A stretch of DNA of 64,000 nucleotides, taken from Planctomycetota bacterium. Its GTDB lineage: Bacteria; Planctomycetota; Brocadiia; JAADGH01. The notes under the pieces were generated by a model. That model was not told the DNA's origin. It saw only the letters and a list, made by a program, of their open reading frames with translations, and searched no databases. The stretch covers positions 34,967-98,966 of the forward strand of contig JBFMAD010000022.1 of assembly GCA_040755855.1 (NCBI GenBank), read 5' to 3'. Shown piece by piece: positions 53,593 through 62,374 of this stretch (position 1 is the first letter of the stretch; every line of letters begins with the position of its first letter). The translations under genes were made by a program, and so were the position numbers.

Positions 53593-54414
53593 TTATCTCT
53601 CGCGCAGCGCCTTGCGGATGGCGAGGGCGTCCTGGACCAGGGCCTTCACCGCCCGTAGGGGCAGCATGGACGCGGAGTCGGACAGGGCCTTCTCCGGTCG
53701 CTCGTGGGTCTCGAGGAAAAGCCCGTCGCACCCCGCGGCGACGGCGGCGCGGGCCAGGGGCGCGACCATCTCGCGCTGGCCCCCCGATGCGCGGCCCAGT
53801 CCGCCGGGGAGCTGGACGCTGTGCGTCGCGTCATAGATCACGGGGTAGCCGAACCCCTTCATGATCGGGATCGCGCGCATGTCGCTGACGAGGTTGTTGT
53901 AGCCGAAGGACGCGCCCCGCTCCGTGACGAGGATATTCTTCGCCCCCGCCTTCTCCGCCTTCTCGACGACGTTGGCCATGTCCCACGGGGCGAGGAACTG
54001 GGCCTTCTTCAGGTTCACCGCCCGGCCTGCCCTTGCCGCGGCCATCACCAAGTCCGTCTGGCGGCAGAGGAACGCGGGGACCTGGAGGACGTCAACCACC
54101 CCTCCGGCCGCCTCGGCCTCGTCCGGGCTATGGACATCGGTGAGGACGGGGACGCCAATCTCCCTTTTCACATCTTCGAGGATATCCAGCCCCTCGCCGA
54201 GTCCGACGCCGCGGAACGACCCGACGGAGGAGCGGTTGGCCTTGTCGTAGGACGCCTTGAAGACGAAGAGGACGTCGAGCCGGGCAAGGGTCTTCTTCAG
54301 TTTCTCGGCGATGCGCAGGGCCATGTCGCGCCCCTCGATGACGCACGGCCCGGCGATGACGAGGAGTCGCCCGCGCAGGCTCTCCCCGGTGATTTGGATT
54401 GTCTTGGACGGCAT
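53593..54414 (-). CDS. kdsA: 3-deoxy-8-phosphooctulonate synthase
   Basis: LLVIAGPCVIE...FKASYDKANRSS...LTDVH...VLQVPAFLCRQTDL...DATHSVQLPGG. Confidence 0.9.
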   Translation of the reverse strand: MPSKTIQITGESLRGRLLVIAGPCVIEGRDMALRIAEKLKKTLARLDVLFVFKASYDKANRSSVGSFRGVGLGEGLDILEDVKREIGVPVLTDVHSPDEAEAAGGVVDVLQVPAFLCRQTDLVMAAARAGRAVNLKKAQFLAPWDMANVVEKAEKAGAKNILVTERGASFGYNNLVSDMRAIPIMKGFGYPVIYDATHSVQLPGGLGRASGGQREMVAPLARAAVAAGCDGLFLETHERPEKALSDSASMLPLRAVKALVQDALAIRKALRER

Positions 54415-54439
54415 GTCAGTTCCCTCCGTTTATATTGGA

Positions 54440-55729
54440 TCACGGCGTGTAGGAATCGGATGCGTGATCTACCCGGCGCGTGATGTCCGCCCCGAGCTTG
54501 CGAAGTTTGAGCTCCAGCCCCTCGTAGCCCCGGTCAATGTGATAGACGCGCTTGACGGTCGTCTCGCCCTTCGCCGCCAGGCCCGCCACGACCAGCGCCG
54601 CCCCGGCGCGCAGGTCGGAGGCCATGACATCCGCCCCGGAAAGCGACTTGACGCCGATGACGATCGCGCTGCCCCCCTCCTTGCGGATGTCCGCCCCCAG
54701 CCGGGCCAGCTCCTGGACGTGCATGAACCGGTCGGGATAGACCTTGTCGGTGATGATGCTGGTTCCATCAACCAGACACAAGAGCGTCATGAGCTGCGGC
54801 TGCATGTCGGTCGGGATGCCGGGATAGGGGAGCGTGGCGAAGTCCACGGGCTTGAGTTTTCGCGTCACGCGGACGCGGCACCCGCTGTTCTTGTGGGTGA
54901 TGGAGACGCCCATGCGGGTGAGGAGGTCGGTGACGGCGCCGAGATGCTCCATCCGCGCCCCGGTGATCTCGATGTCCCCGCCGGTGATGGCGGCGGCGGT
55001 CATGAAGGTCCCGGCCTCGATGCGGTCGGGGATGATGTCGTGGCTTGCGCCGTGGAGTTTGGGGACGCCCTTGATCTCGAGGCGTTTCGTCCCCACGCCG
55101 TCAATCTCGGCGCCCATGCCGATGAGGAATCGGCAGAGGTCCTGGACCTCCGGCTCGCAGGCGGCGTCCTCGATGATGGTCTTGCCCTTGGCCATGACGG
55201 CGGCGCTGAGGACGTTGGCCGTGCCGAGGACGGTGGAGCCGGCGGACCCGCCGAGGTAGATCTCGGCCCCCTTCAACTGATCCGTGCTGGCGTGGAGGTA
55301 GCCGTGCTTGATCTCGATCTTCGCCCCGAGGGCGCGCAGGCCCTTCAGGTGCAGGTCAATGGGCCGCACGCCGATGACGCACCCGCCGGGATACGACACG
55401 ACGGCGCGCCGGCGCTTCGCCAGAAGCGGGCCGAGGACGCAGATCGAGGCGCGCATCTTGCGCACCAGCTCGTAGGGGGCCTTGCACTGCTTCGCGTCCG
55501 TGACCTCCGTTTCCAGGATGTGCTTTTCGGGCCGGTTCACCTGGACCCCCAGGACCTGCAGGATGTCAACGAGGGAGTTCACGTCCATCAGGGTTGATAC
55601 ATTCTCGAGGACGCACTTGCCGTCGGCGAGGATCGTCGCGGCCATGATGGGGAGGGCGGCGTTTTTCGAGCCGCCGACGGACACGGTTCCTTTCAGCCTT
55701 GCCCCGCCTTTGATGATGAATTTGTCCAT
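54440..55729 (-). CDS. murA: UDP-N-acetylglucosamine 1-carboxyvinyltransferase
   Basis: MDKFIIKGGARLKGTVSVGGSKNAALPIMAA...GGCVIGVRPIDLHL...TDMQPQL. Confidence 0.9.
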   Translation of the reverse strand: MDKFIIKGGARLKGTVSVGGSKNAALPIMAATILADGKCVLENVSTLMDVNSLVDILQVLGVQVNRPEKHILETEVTDAKQCKAPYELVRKMRASICVLGPLLAKRRRAVVSYPGGCVIGVRPIDLHLKGLRALGAKIEIKHGYLHASTDQLKGAEIYLGGSAGSTVLGTANVLSAAVMAKGKTIIEDAACEPEVQDLCRFLIGMGAEIDGVGTKRLEIKGVPKLHGASHDIIPDRIEAGTFMTAAAITGGDIEITGARMEHLGAVTDLLTRMGVSITHKNSGCRVRVTRKLKPVDFATLPYPGIPTDMQPQLMTLLCLVDGTSIITDKVYPDRFMHVQELARLGADIRKEGGSAIVIGVKSLSGADVMASDLRAGAALVVAGLAAKGETTVKRVYHIDRGYEGLELKLRKLGADITRRVDHASDSYTP

Positions 55730-55745
55730 GCTGTTTTGCTCCTGT

Positions 55746-56648
55746 CTATTCCGGTTTGCGGGTCGCCACAACGACCCGTTCGATCTTTGAGTAATCGGAA
55801 ATCACCTTCTGAACGGCAAAGGCATGTTCGGCGAGAATGGATTCGACCGCGGCCCGCTGGCCCTGGCCCATCTCGAGGGCAAGGACGCCGTCGGGCTTGA
55901 GGCGGGGCCGGCCCTCGGGCGCGATGCGCCGAAAGAAGGCGAGACCGTCCGCGCCCGCCCGGAGGGCGATCGGCGGCTCGTGCAGCCGGATTTCCGGCTG
56001 GAGTCCCTCGTAGTCCGCATCGGCGACGTAGGGGGGATTGCTGACGATCAGGTCGGCCGGGGACGCATCGGCGAGTGGGGCGAAGAGGTCGCCGCACAGG
56101 AATGTGATTCGGCCCTCGACGCCGTGGCGCTGGGCGTTTCGTTGAGCAACGTCCAGGGCTTCCCTTGAGATGTCAGTGGCATAGACCTTCGCGTCGGGGA
56201 TGGTCTTGGCCAGGACGACGGCGATGTTGCCCGATCCCGTCCCCAGATCCACGATAATCGGCTGGGGGTTCCCGGCGACGGCCTCGATGGCGGCGTTCAC
56301 CAGGAACTCCGTCTCGGGCCGGGGGATGAGGACGGAGGGCGCGACCTCGAGATTGAGGCCGAAGAACTCGCATCGGCCGATGAGGTATTTTGTCGGCGTG
56401 CGCTCGGTGCGTCGGCGGATCAGTTCGCGGTAGGCGTCCACCTCGTCCGGGACGAGGGGCTTGTCGAAGTGGGTGTAGAGGAAGACGCGGTCGCGGCGGA
56501 GGACGTGGGCGAGGAGGACCTCTGCGTCGAGGCGGGGGTTGTCAATGCCCTTCTCGGCGAGGAAGTCCGCGGCGGTCTTCACCAGCTCGAGGGAGGTCCA
56601 GGGCGCTGTTCGCCTGGGGGGTTGTGATTTTGTCATCTGTTGCGCCAT
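55746..56648 (-). CDS. prmC: peptide chain release factor N5-glutamine methyltransferase
   Basis: VDLGTGSGNIAV (SAM motif) and IVSNPPYV (NPPY). Downstream of prfA. The upstream GTG 56681 would translate through a hairpin repeat. Confidence 0.85.
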   Translation of the reverse strand: MAQQMTKSQPPRRTAPWTSLELVKTAADFLAEKGIDNPRLDAEVLLAHVLRRDRVFLYTHFDKPLVPDEVDAYRELIRRRTERTPTKYLIGRCEFFGLNLEVAPSVLIPRPETEFLVNAAIEAVAGNPQPIIVDLGTGSGNIAVVLAKTIPDAKVYATDISREALDVAQRNAQRHGVEGRITFLCGDLFAPLADASPADLIVSNPPYVADADYEGLQPEIRLHEPPIALRAGADGLAFFRRIAPEGRPRLKPDGVLALEMGQGQRAAVESILAEHAFAVQKVISDYSKIERVVVATRKPE

Positions 56649-56658
56649 TGTCTTCGTT

Positions 56659-56676
56659 TGAACTCTGGCGAGTTCA
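56659..56676. repeat. TGAACTC-YGGC-GAGTTCA hairpin, copy 2
   Basis: Lies between the prfA stop and the prmC ATG. Confidence 0.7.
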
Positions 56677-56687
56677 GCCACAATACC

Positions 56688-57776
56688 TCACGCCGCGCCG
56701 AGCCGCTTTAGGCGTTCCTCTTTGGCGTAGTCGGCCAGGGCCCGGATGATGGGGTTCAGCTCCCCCATCAGGACGTCTTTGAGGGCGTGCACCGTGAATT
56801 TGATGCGATGATCGGTGACGCGGTTGTCCGGGAAGTTGTAGGTTCGGATCTTCTCGCTTCGGTCGCCGGTGCCGATCTGGATGCGCCGGGTCGCGTCGCG
56901 CTTGCTTCGCTCCTCTTCCTCCTTCTGTGCCAGGAGTCTGGCGCGGAGGACGCGCATGGCCTTGGCCAGGTTGCGGGTCTGGGATTTTTCGTCCTGGCAC
57001 TGCACGATCATCCCCGTTGGGAGGTGCGTCAGCCGAATCGCCAGGCTGAGCTTGTTCACGCTCTGCCCGCCGGGGCCGGAGGATTTCACCCGCTCGATGC
57101 GCAGGTCGCTGTCGGCGATCTCTATCTCCACCGGCGGCGCCTCGGGCAGCACCGCCACCGTGGCGGCGGAGGTATGAATCCGCCCGCCCTGCTCGGTGAC
57201 GGGGACGCGCTGGACGCGATGGGTCCCGCTTTCATGTTGAAGGGACTGGAAGGCGCCTTTCCCCTCGACGGCGAAGATGACCTCCTTGAACCCCCCAAGT
57301 TCCGTCGGGCTGCTGTCCATGATCTCAATCTTCCAGCCGCGCTTCTCGGCGTAGCGGGAGTACATGCGGAACAGGTCCGCCGCAAAGAGGGCTGCCTCGT
57401 CGCCGCCGGTGCCGGCGCGAATCTCGACGATCACGTCCTTGTCCTCCGCGGGGTCCTCGGCGACGAAGATGTCAATAAGCTGGTCGTGGAGTTCCTTCAG
57501 TTTGCCGTCGAGTTGGGCCGCTTCTTCTTTAGCCAGCTCGCGCAGCTCCGCATCGGCCTCCTGGTCCTGGAGGATGGACTCCGCCTCGGTCTTTTGCTTT
57601 TGGATGGAGAGGAATTGCTCGAACTTCAGGACCGTCTTGGCGAGTGCGCCGTGTTCGCGCGAATACATTGTGGAGAGGGCCGGATTCGAGGCGGTTGCGG
57701 GTTCGCTGAGGAGCTTCTCTAAATCGTGGTATCGGTGTCGGGTTTGCTCAAGCTTATTCAGAAGGCCTTGATTCAC
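56688..57776 (-). CDS. prfA: peptide chain release factor 1
   Basis: [10 protein letters not shown] (GGQ) and [23 protein letters not shown] (RF1 PxT region). GTG start overlapping the rpmE 3' end by 23 nt. Confidence 0.9.
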   Translation of the reverse strand: MNQGLLNKLEQTRHRYHDLEKLLSEPATASNPALSTMYSREHGALAKTVLKFEQFLSIQKQKTEAESILQDQEADAELRELAKEEAAQLDGKLKELHDQLIDIFVAEDPAEDKDVIVEIRAGTGGDEAALFAADLFRMYSRYAEKRGWKIEIMDSSPTELGGFKEVIFAVEGKGAFQSLQHESGTHRVQRVPVTEQGGRIHTSAATVAVLPEAPPVEIEIADSDLRIERVKSSGPGGQSVNKLSLAIRLTHLPTGMIVQCQDEKSQTRNLAKAMRVLRARLLAQKEEEERSKRDATRRIQIGTGDRSEKIRTYNFPDNRVTDHRIKFTVHALKDVLMGELNPIIRALADYAKEERLKRLGAA

Positions 57777-58065
57777 CGGAGCCCTCCGCGGCAGGGGCCG
57801 GTCCCTTGGCCTGCGGCGCTGCCTTGCCTTCGGGCGCCGCGCCGGCCTGGGCCTCCTGCTGCCGCTTCGACCAGGCGTACTTCTTCTCGAACTTCTGCAC
57901 GCGCCCCATCGTGTCCACCAGCTTTTGTTTGCCGGTGTAGAAGGGGTGACACTTGGAGCAGATTTCCACGTTGATCTTCGGCTTGGTCGAGCGGGTCTTG
58001 AACTTCTCGCCGCAGCCGCACGTGACCGTGCACTCGACGTACTCGGGGTGTATGCCTTTCTTCAT
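57754..58065 (-). CDS. rpmE: 50S ribosomal protein L31 (Zn-binding type) with Ala/Pro/Gln-rich C-terminal extension
   Basis: [22 protein letters not shown]...[28 protein letters not shown], then a ~35-aa low-complexity tail. Confidence 0.85.
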   Translation of the reverse strand: MKKGIHPEYVECTVTCGCGEKFKTRSTKPKINVEICSKCHPFYTGKQKLVDTMGRVQKFEKKYAWSKRQQEAQAGAAPEGKAAPQAKGPAPAAEGSGESRPSE

Positions 58066-58199
58066 TGCCTCTCATCTCCCTTGCGCGCCTATCCCGCAAT
58101 CAAAATTGTATTGTATCAGACCCCTTTTTGCGTTTCAACTGAAAAACGATCCGACCGACAAGATTCTATTTGCTTTTTCAAAATCCCGTGGGAGAATGA

Positions 58200-58439
58200 A
58201 TGTGGATACAACGGCTACGGGGATGGTGTCACGTGGCAGAGAAAAAGAAACGCTTTGGTGAAATCGCCGTCCGGGCGGGATTCGTGACCGACCAGGATGT
58301 GCACCGGGCCCTCGCGCGGCAGAAGGAGATCGCCTCCAACGGAGGCAATCACAAACTCATCGGCATCATCATGCTCGAATTGGGTATGCTGTCGAATGCC
58401 CAGCTCATCCATATCCTGAAGGAACTGGAAGTCCAGTAG
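58200..58439 (+). CDS. stand-alone MshEN/T2SSE_N-like domain protein (candidate c-di-GMP receptor)
   Basis: RFGEIAVRAGFVTDQDVHRALARQ fits RLGxxLLxxGLLxxxxLxxxLxxQ position by position. A second degenerate copy is LIGIIMLELGMLSNAQLIHILKEL. Confidence 0.5.
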   Translation: MWIQRLRGWCHVAEKKKRFGEIAVRAGFVTDQDVHRALARQKEIASNGGNHKLIGIIMLELGMLSNAQLIHILKELEVQ

Positions 58440-58443
58440 TCCC

Positions 58444-59373
58444 TTACCCGCTCCGGCGCAGTTCCCGCAGGATCGCCTCGCCCCCCTCCGCGAGGAGGCG
58501 ACGGGCGAGTCGTTCCCCCACCCTCGCCGCCTCCGGCGCCGGGCCGCGCTCCTCCCCCGCGACACGCCTTGATCCGTCCGTCGAGCAGACCATCCCCCGC
58601 AGCGTCAGCGCATCGCCCTCGATCTCGGCAACGGCCCCGATGGGGACCTGACACCCGCCGCGCAGCTCCGCCAGGAAGGCCCGCTCCGCCGCCGCGCAGG
58701 CCGCAGTCGCGGCGTCGTTCACGACGGAACAACATTCCGCCGCAAAGGCGTCGTTCCGGCGCGTCTCCAAGCCCAGCGCACCCTGCCCCACAGCGGGGAG
58801 CATAATGTCATAGGGCAATACCTTCCCCGAGACGGATTCCTCGCCTAAGCGGAGTAACCCGGCTCGGGCGACGACGATCGCGTCGTAGTCCCCGGCCTTC
58901 AGTTTCCTAAGCCGCGTATCGAGATTGCCACGGATGTCCCGCACCTCTAAGTCCGGTCGGCGGGCCAGTAGCTGCGCCCTGCGCCGTAGGCTGCTCGTCC
59001 CCACCACGGCCCCGGATGGAAGTTCGGACAGCCGCAAACCGCCCCGCGAGATGAGGACGTCGCGCGGGTCCTCCCGCTTCGACACGGCGGCGAGCACCAG
59101 CCCGTCGGGCAGGGACGTCGGCAGGTCCTTCAGGCTGTGGACAGCGAGATCAATCCGCCCGTCGAGGAGGGCGTCCTCGATCTCCTTGGTGAAAACTCCC
59201 CGGCCCCCGACCTGGGCCAGAGGGACATGGCGGACCTTATCACCCGTTGTCGAGATGTGTTTGATAGTGATCTTCACATCGGGAAACGCCTCGGCGATGG
59301 CGCGGCGGACGATCTCCGTCTGGGCGAGGGCCAGTTTGCTTGCGCGCGTGCCGATGGTGAGGGACTTTTTCAT
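58444..59373 (-). CDS. hemC: hydroxymethylbilane synthase (porphobilinogen deaminase)
   Basis: LTIGTRASKLALAQTE...HSLKDLP...RGNLDTRL...QGALG...GGCQVPIG. The start overlaps the hemA stop. Confidence 0.9.
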   Translation of the reverse strand: MKKSLTIGTRASKLALAQTEIVRRAIAEAFPDVKITIKHISTTGDKVRHVPLAQVGGRGVFTKEIEDALLDGRIDLAVHSLKDLPTSLPDGLVLAAVSKREDPRDVLISRGGLRLSELPSGAVVGTSSLRRRAQLLARRPDLEVRDIRGNLDTRLRKLKAGDYDAIVVARAGLLRLGEESVSGKVLPYDIMLPAVGQGALGLETRRNDAFAAECCSVVNDAATAACAAAERAFLAELRGGCQVPIGAVAEIEGDALTLRGMVCSTDGSRRVAGEERGPAPEAARVGERLARRLLAEGGEAILRELRRSG

Positions 59374-60638
59374 CACTCCCCCAGCCCGAATAGCCGCTTG
59401 AGGGCGTCCACATACCCCGTGGCCCGGCCGTTGCGCGCCTCCTGGGTGAGCGTCTCCACGGGACCGTGGAGGATCTTGTGGATGATCCGGTCGGCCATGA
59501 GGGCGATCTGCTCCCGGTCCTTCTCGTCCAAGTGCTCCAGCTTGGGCAGGAGCTTGTCCATCTCCGCCTGCATGATACCGTGCATGGCGTCGGAGAGTTG
59601 GGCGATGGTGGGGTCAACCGACATGCCCTCGGCGATCCGCACGAATTTTTCGGCGGCCGCGGCGACGATCTTCTCGCAGCGCTGGACCTCGCGCTCCCGC
59701 TCGGCGCGGTTCTCCCCGACGATCCCCTCCAGGTCGTCCATGTCGTAAAGATATACGTTCTCGATCCCGTTGACCTCTGGGTTCACGTCGCGCGGGACGG
59801 CGATGTCTATGAGGAACATGGGCCGGTTCTTCCGCGCTCGCATGGCGGCCCGGACGGCGGCCGGCTCGATGATGTGGCCCGGGGCGGAGGTGGAGGTGAT
59901 CACGATGTCCGCCCGCGGCAGGTAGTCGGCCAGGAGGTCGAGGGCGACCGGCTTCCCGCCGTAGTCGTCGGCCAGGGCCTTTGCCTTCTCGACGCTCCGG
60001 TTGGCGACGATGACGTTTGCTACGCCCCGTTCGACGAGATGGCGCAGCGTCGCCTCGCCCGTCTGGCCCGCGCCCACGATCATCACGGTCTTGTCGGCGA
60101 AGTCCTGGAAGATGCGCTCGGCGAAGTCCACGGCTACGGAGCTGACGGAGACCTTCCTTTCGCTGATGGCGGTGGAGGAGCGGGCCTCCTTGGCGACGCC
60201 CAGCGCCTGCTCGAAGAGCCGGTTGAGCGTCTTGCCCGTGGCGCCGCAGTCGGCGGCCAGGTGGTAGGCCCGCGCCGCCTGCCCCTTGATCTCGGTCTCG
60301 CCGATGACCATCGAGTCGAGGCTGCAGACCACGCGGAAGAGGTGCTCGACGGCCTCGCGTCCGTGGTGGATATAGAGGTGCGGCAGGAGATCGTCCGGCT
60401 TCACACCGCGCAGCTCGGCGACCCGACGGGCGAGGTCCGGCCCGGCGAGGGCGCACTCCGGGTGATAGACATATATCTCCACCCGGTTGCAGGTGGAGAG
60501 GAGGACGGCCTCCGTGTTCGGCTGCTGGGAGCGAATCTCCGCCAGGACGGACGGGATCTCCTCCTCGGAAAAGGCGAACCGTTCCCGCAGGTCCACAGGC
60601 GCAGTCTTGTGATTCAGTCCGATTACCGTGAGATTCAT
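59373..60638 (-). CDS. hemA: glutamyl-tRNA reductase
   Basis: ATG 60638: MNLTVIGLNHKTAPVDLRERFAF...LSTCNRVEIY...VMIVGAGQTGE. Confidence 0.9.
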   Translation of the reverse strand: MNLTVIGLNHKTAPVDLRERFAFSEEEIPSVLAEIRSQQPNTEAVLLSTCNRVEIYVYHPECALAGPDLARRVAELRGVKPDDLLPHLYIHHGREAVEHLFRVVCSLDSMVIGETEIKGQAARAYHLAADCGATGKTLNRLFEQALGVAKEARSSTAISERKVSVSSVAVDFAERIFQDFADKTVMIVGAGQTGEATLRHLVERGVANVIVANRSVEKAKALADDYGGKPVALDLLADYLPRADIVITSTSAPGHIIEPAAVRAAMRARKNRPMFLIDIAVPRDVNPEVNGIENVYLYDMDDLEGIVGENRAEREREVQRCEKIVAAAAEKFVRIAEGMSVDPTIAQLSDAMHGIMQAEMDKLLPKLEHLDEKDREQIALMADRIIHKILHGPVETLTQEARNGRATGYVDALKRLFGLGE

Positions 60639-61504
60639 CTTGGTTCGATGGTTTCGCTTGATGGGGGTCGGGAGTCTGCGACCGTCTCGGGCCGTGAATG
60701 AAATCGGCCGAAGACAAAACTGCCGAGAAAGACCACAATCACGAGGACAAAGCCGGCGATGGTCAAGCAAGCCACCTTCCGCCCGTGGGTGATGTCGGCC
60801 AGCCGCACGTGCACGAGCGCGCAGTAGATGGCCCACGCCACGACGCCGACGACGATGATCGCGTCAGGCGGCCAGCCGAGGGCGACCGCGCTCCCGCTCT
60901 TGGCCCAGACGATGCCGAGGATCAGGCCCAGGGTGTATAAGGGGAACCCGATCAGCGTGGACCTCTTCGCGGTGCGATCCAGCGTCTCCAGCGACGGCAG
61001 CCGGGCGATGAGCGGCGCGAAGAGCTTAGACTTCAGCCGTCGCTCCTGGGTGAGATACAGGATGCTTGCGGCGAAGCCCACGGCGAAGAAGGCAAAGCCG
61101 AGGAAGATGGGGATCGCGTGGAGGGCCGACCAGAGGGCGTTCAATCCCTCCGGGGCCTGGTCACCCCGGCGGGCCAGGGCCGCCGCCCCCGCCGAGAAGA
61201 CGACCAGCAGGGGCAGGAGATATGCGCTCAAGGCAGTGAGTTTGTAGTAGCACGCGACGAACAGCCCCACCAGGGCGATGCACCAGAGAAAGAAGAGCAC
61301 CGTCTCGGACAGTCTGCCGACGGGTATCCCGCCGTACCGGACGGCGTGGACGATGAGGACCAGCGTATGGGCGGCGAAGCCGCAGATGAATAGGGCGCGG
61401 ATGAGGCCCTGCCGGAGGCGCTGCGGATGCCGTACGCCCGCGACGGCCAGGGCCGTGCCCACCGCGTAGAAGATCGCTGCGAGGATGGGCAGGATCAGGT
61501 CCAT
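60635..61504 (-). CDS. cytochrome c assembly family protein (CcsA/HemX-like) upstream of hemA
   Basis: 8-TM protein with the FAAHTLVLI...WSALHAIPIFLGFAFFAV...FPLYTLGLILGIVWA pattern. Position matches hemX of hemAXC operons. Confidence 0.65.
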   Translation of the reverse strand: MDLILPILAAIFYAVGTALAVAGVRHPQRLRQGLIRALFICGFAAHTLVLIVHAVRYGGIPVGRLSETVLFFLWCIALVGLFVACYYKLTALSAYLLPLLVVFSAGAAALARRGDQAPEGLNALWSALHAIPIFLGFAFFAVGFAASILYLTQERRLKSKLFAPLIARLPSLETLDRTAKRSTLIGFPLYTLGLILGIVWAKSGSAVALGWPPDAIIVVGVVAWAIYCALVHVRLADITHGRKVACLTIAGFVLVIVVFLGSFVFGRFHSRPETVADSRPPSSETIEPR

Positions 61505-61759
61505 CGGCAACCTCCCAGGAAAGTTCGTAAGGCCAAGAGATGATTATACGTTACGACTGCCCCCGATGCAACGGGAATCCTGCCGGTTCCACGCCCTTTG
61601 CGCGCCTTGCGAGAGACGCCTTGTCTGTCATTCCCGCCCTGCGCAGACGCAGGGGGAGTTTTTCCGTGCACTAAGTGTCCGAATGAGGTATAATTTGTTT
61701 TAGGCATGTCCTGCAATGCGGACCTGCCGCGAGACCAAAGACTTCTCGGGAGGCGGATC

Positions 61760-61996
61760 ATGACGGTTACAGATCGAATCGAGATCAACCCTCGCGTTCT
61801 CATGGGCAAGCCCATCATCCGAGGCACACGCATCCCCGTTGAGCTGATCCTCCGCAAACTCAGCGAGGGGGCGTCGGAGTCCGATCTCCTGGACGCCTAT
61901 CCGAACCTGCGCCGCGAGGATATCCAGGCCGCCATGGGATACGCCGCCGATACGTTGGCCCATGAGGAAACATTGATCCTTAAACCGACCGAGTAA
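61760..61996 (+). CDS. DUF433 domain protein (putative antitoxin)
   Basis: GGAGG RBS; IEINPRVLMGKPIIRGTRIPVELILRKLSEGASESDLLDAYPNLRREDIQAAMGYA. Confidence 0.75.
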   Translation: MTVTDRIEINPRVLMGKPIIRGTRIPVELILRKLSEGASESDLLDAYPNLRREDIQAAMGYAADTLAHEETLILKPTE

Positions 61997-62002
61997 CCCC
62001 GA

Positions 62003-62356
62003 ATGCGCTTCCTCGCCGACGAGAGCTGCGACTTCGCCGTGGTTCGGGCCTTGCGAGACGCCGGCCACAACATCCTTGCCATCTGCGAAACCAAACCGAG
62101 AGCCGACGACGAGGAGGTCATCCGTCTCGCTCTCGACGACCAACGCATCGTGCTTACCGAAGACAAGGATTTTGGCCAGTTGATCTATGCCCATGGGAAG
62201 ATGACGCTTGGCGTTATCCTGTTGCGATTCCCCGCTTCCGCCCGCCCCCTGCTGCCGGATGCCGTCAGCGAAATGATTAACCGGCAAGGCGAGAATCTGA
62301 AGGGGGCCTTCGTTGTGGTCCAGCCCGGCAGGACCCGCATCAGCCGAACTTTGTGA
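62003..62356 (+). CDS. DUF5615 PIN-like nuclease (putative toxin)
   Basis: MRFLADESCDFAVVRALRDAGHNIL...DEEVIRLALDDQRIVLTEDKDFGQL. Lies 6 nt after the DUF433 gene. Confidence 0.7.
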   Translation: MRFLADESCDFAVVRALRDAGHNILAICETKPRADDEEVIRLALDDQRIVLTEDKDFGQLIYAHGKMTLGVILLRFPASARPLLPDAVSEMINRQGENLKGAFVVVQPGRTRISRTL

Positions 62357-62374
62357 GCGCCCCTTCCCGGTGAA

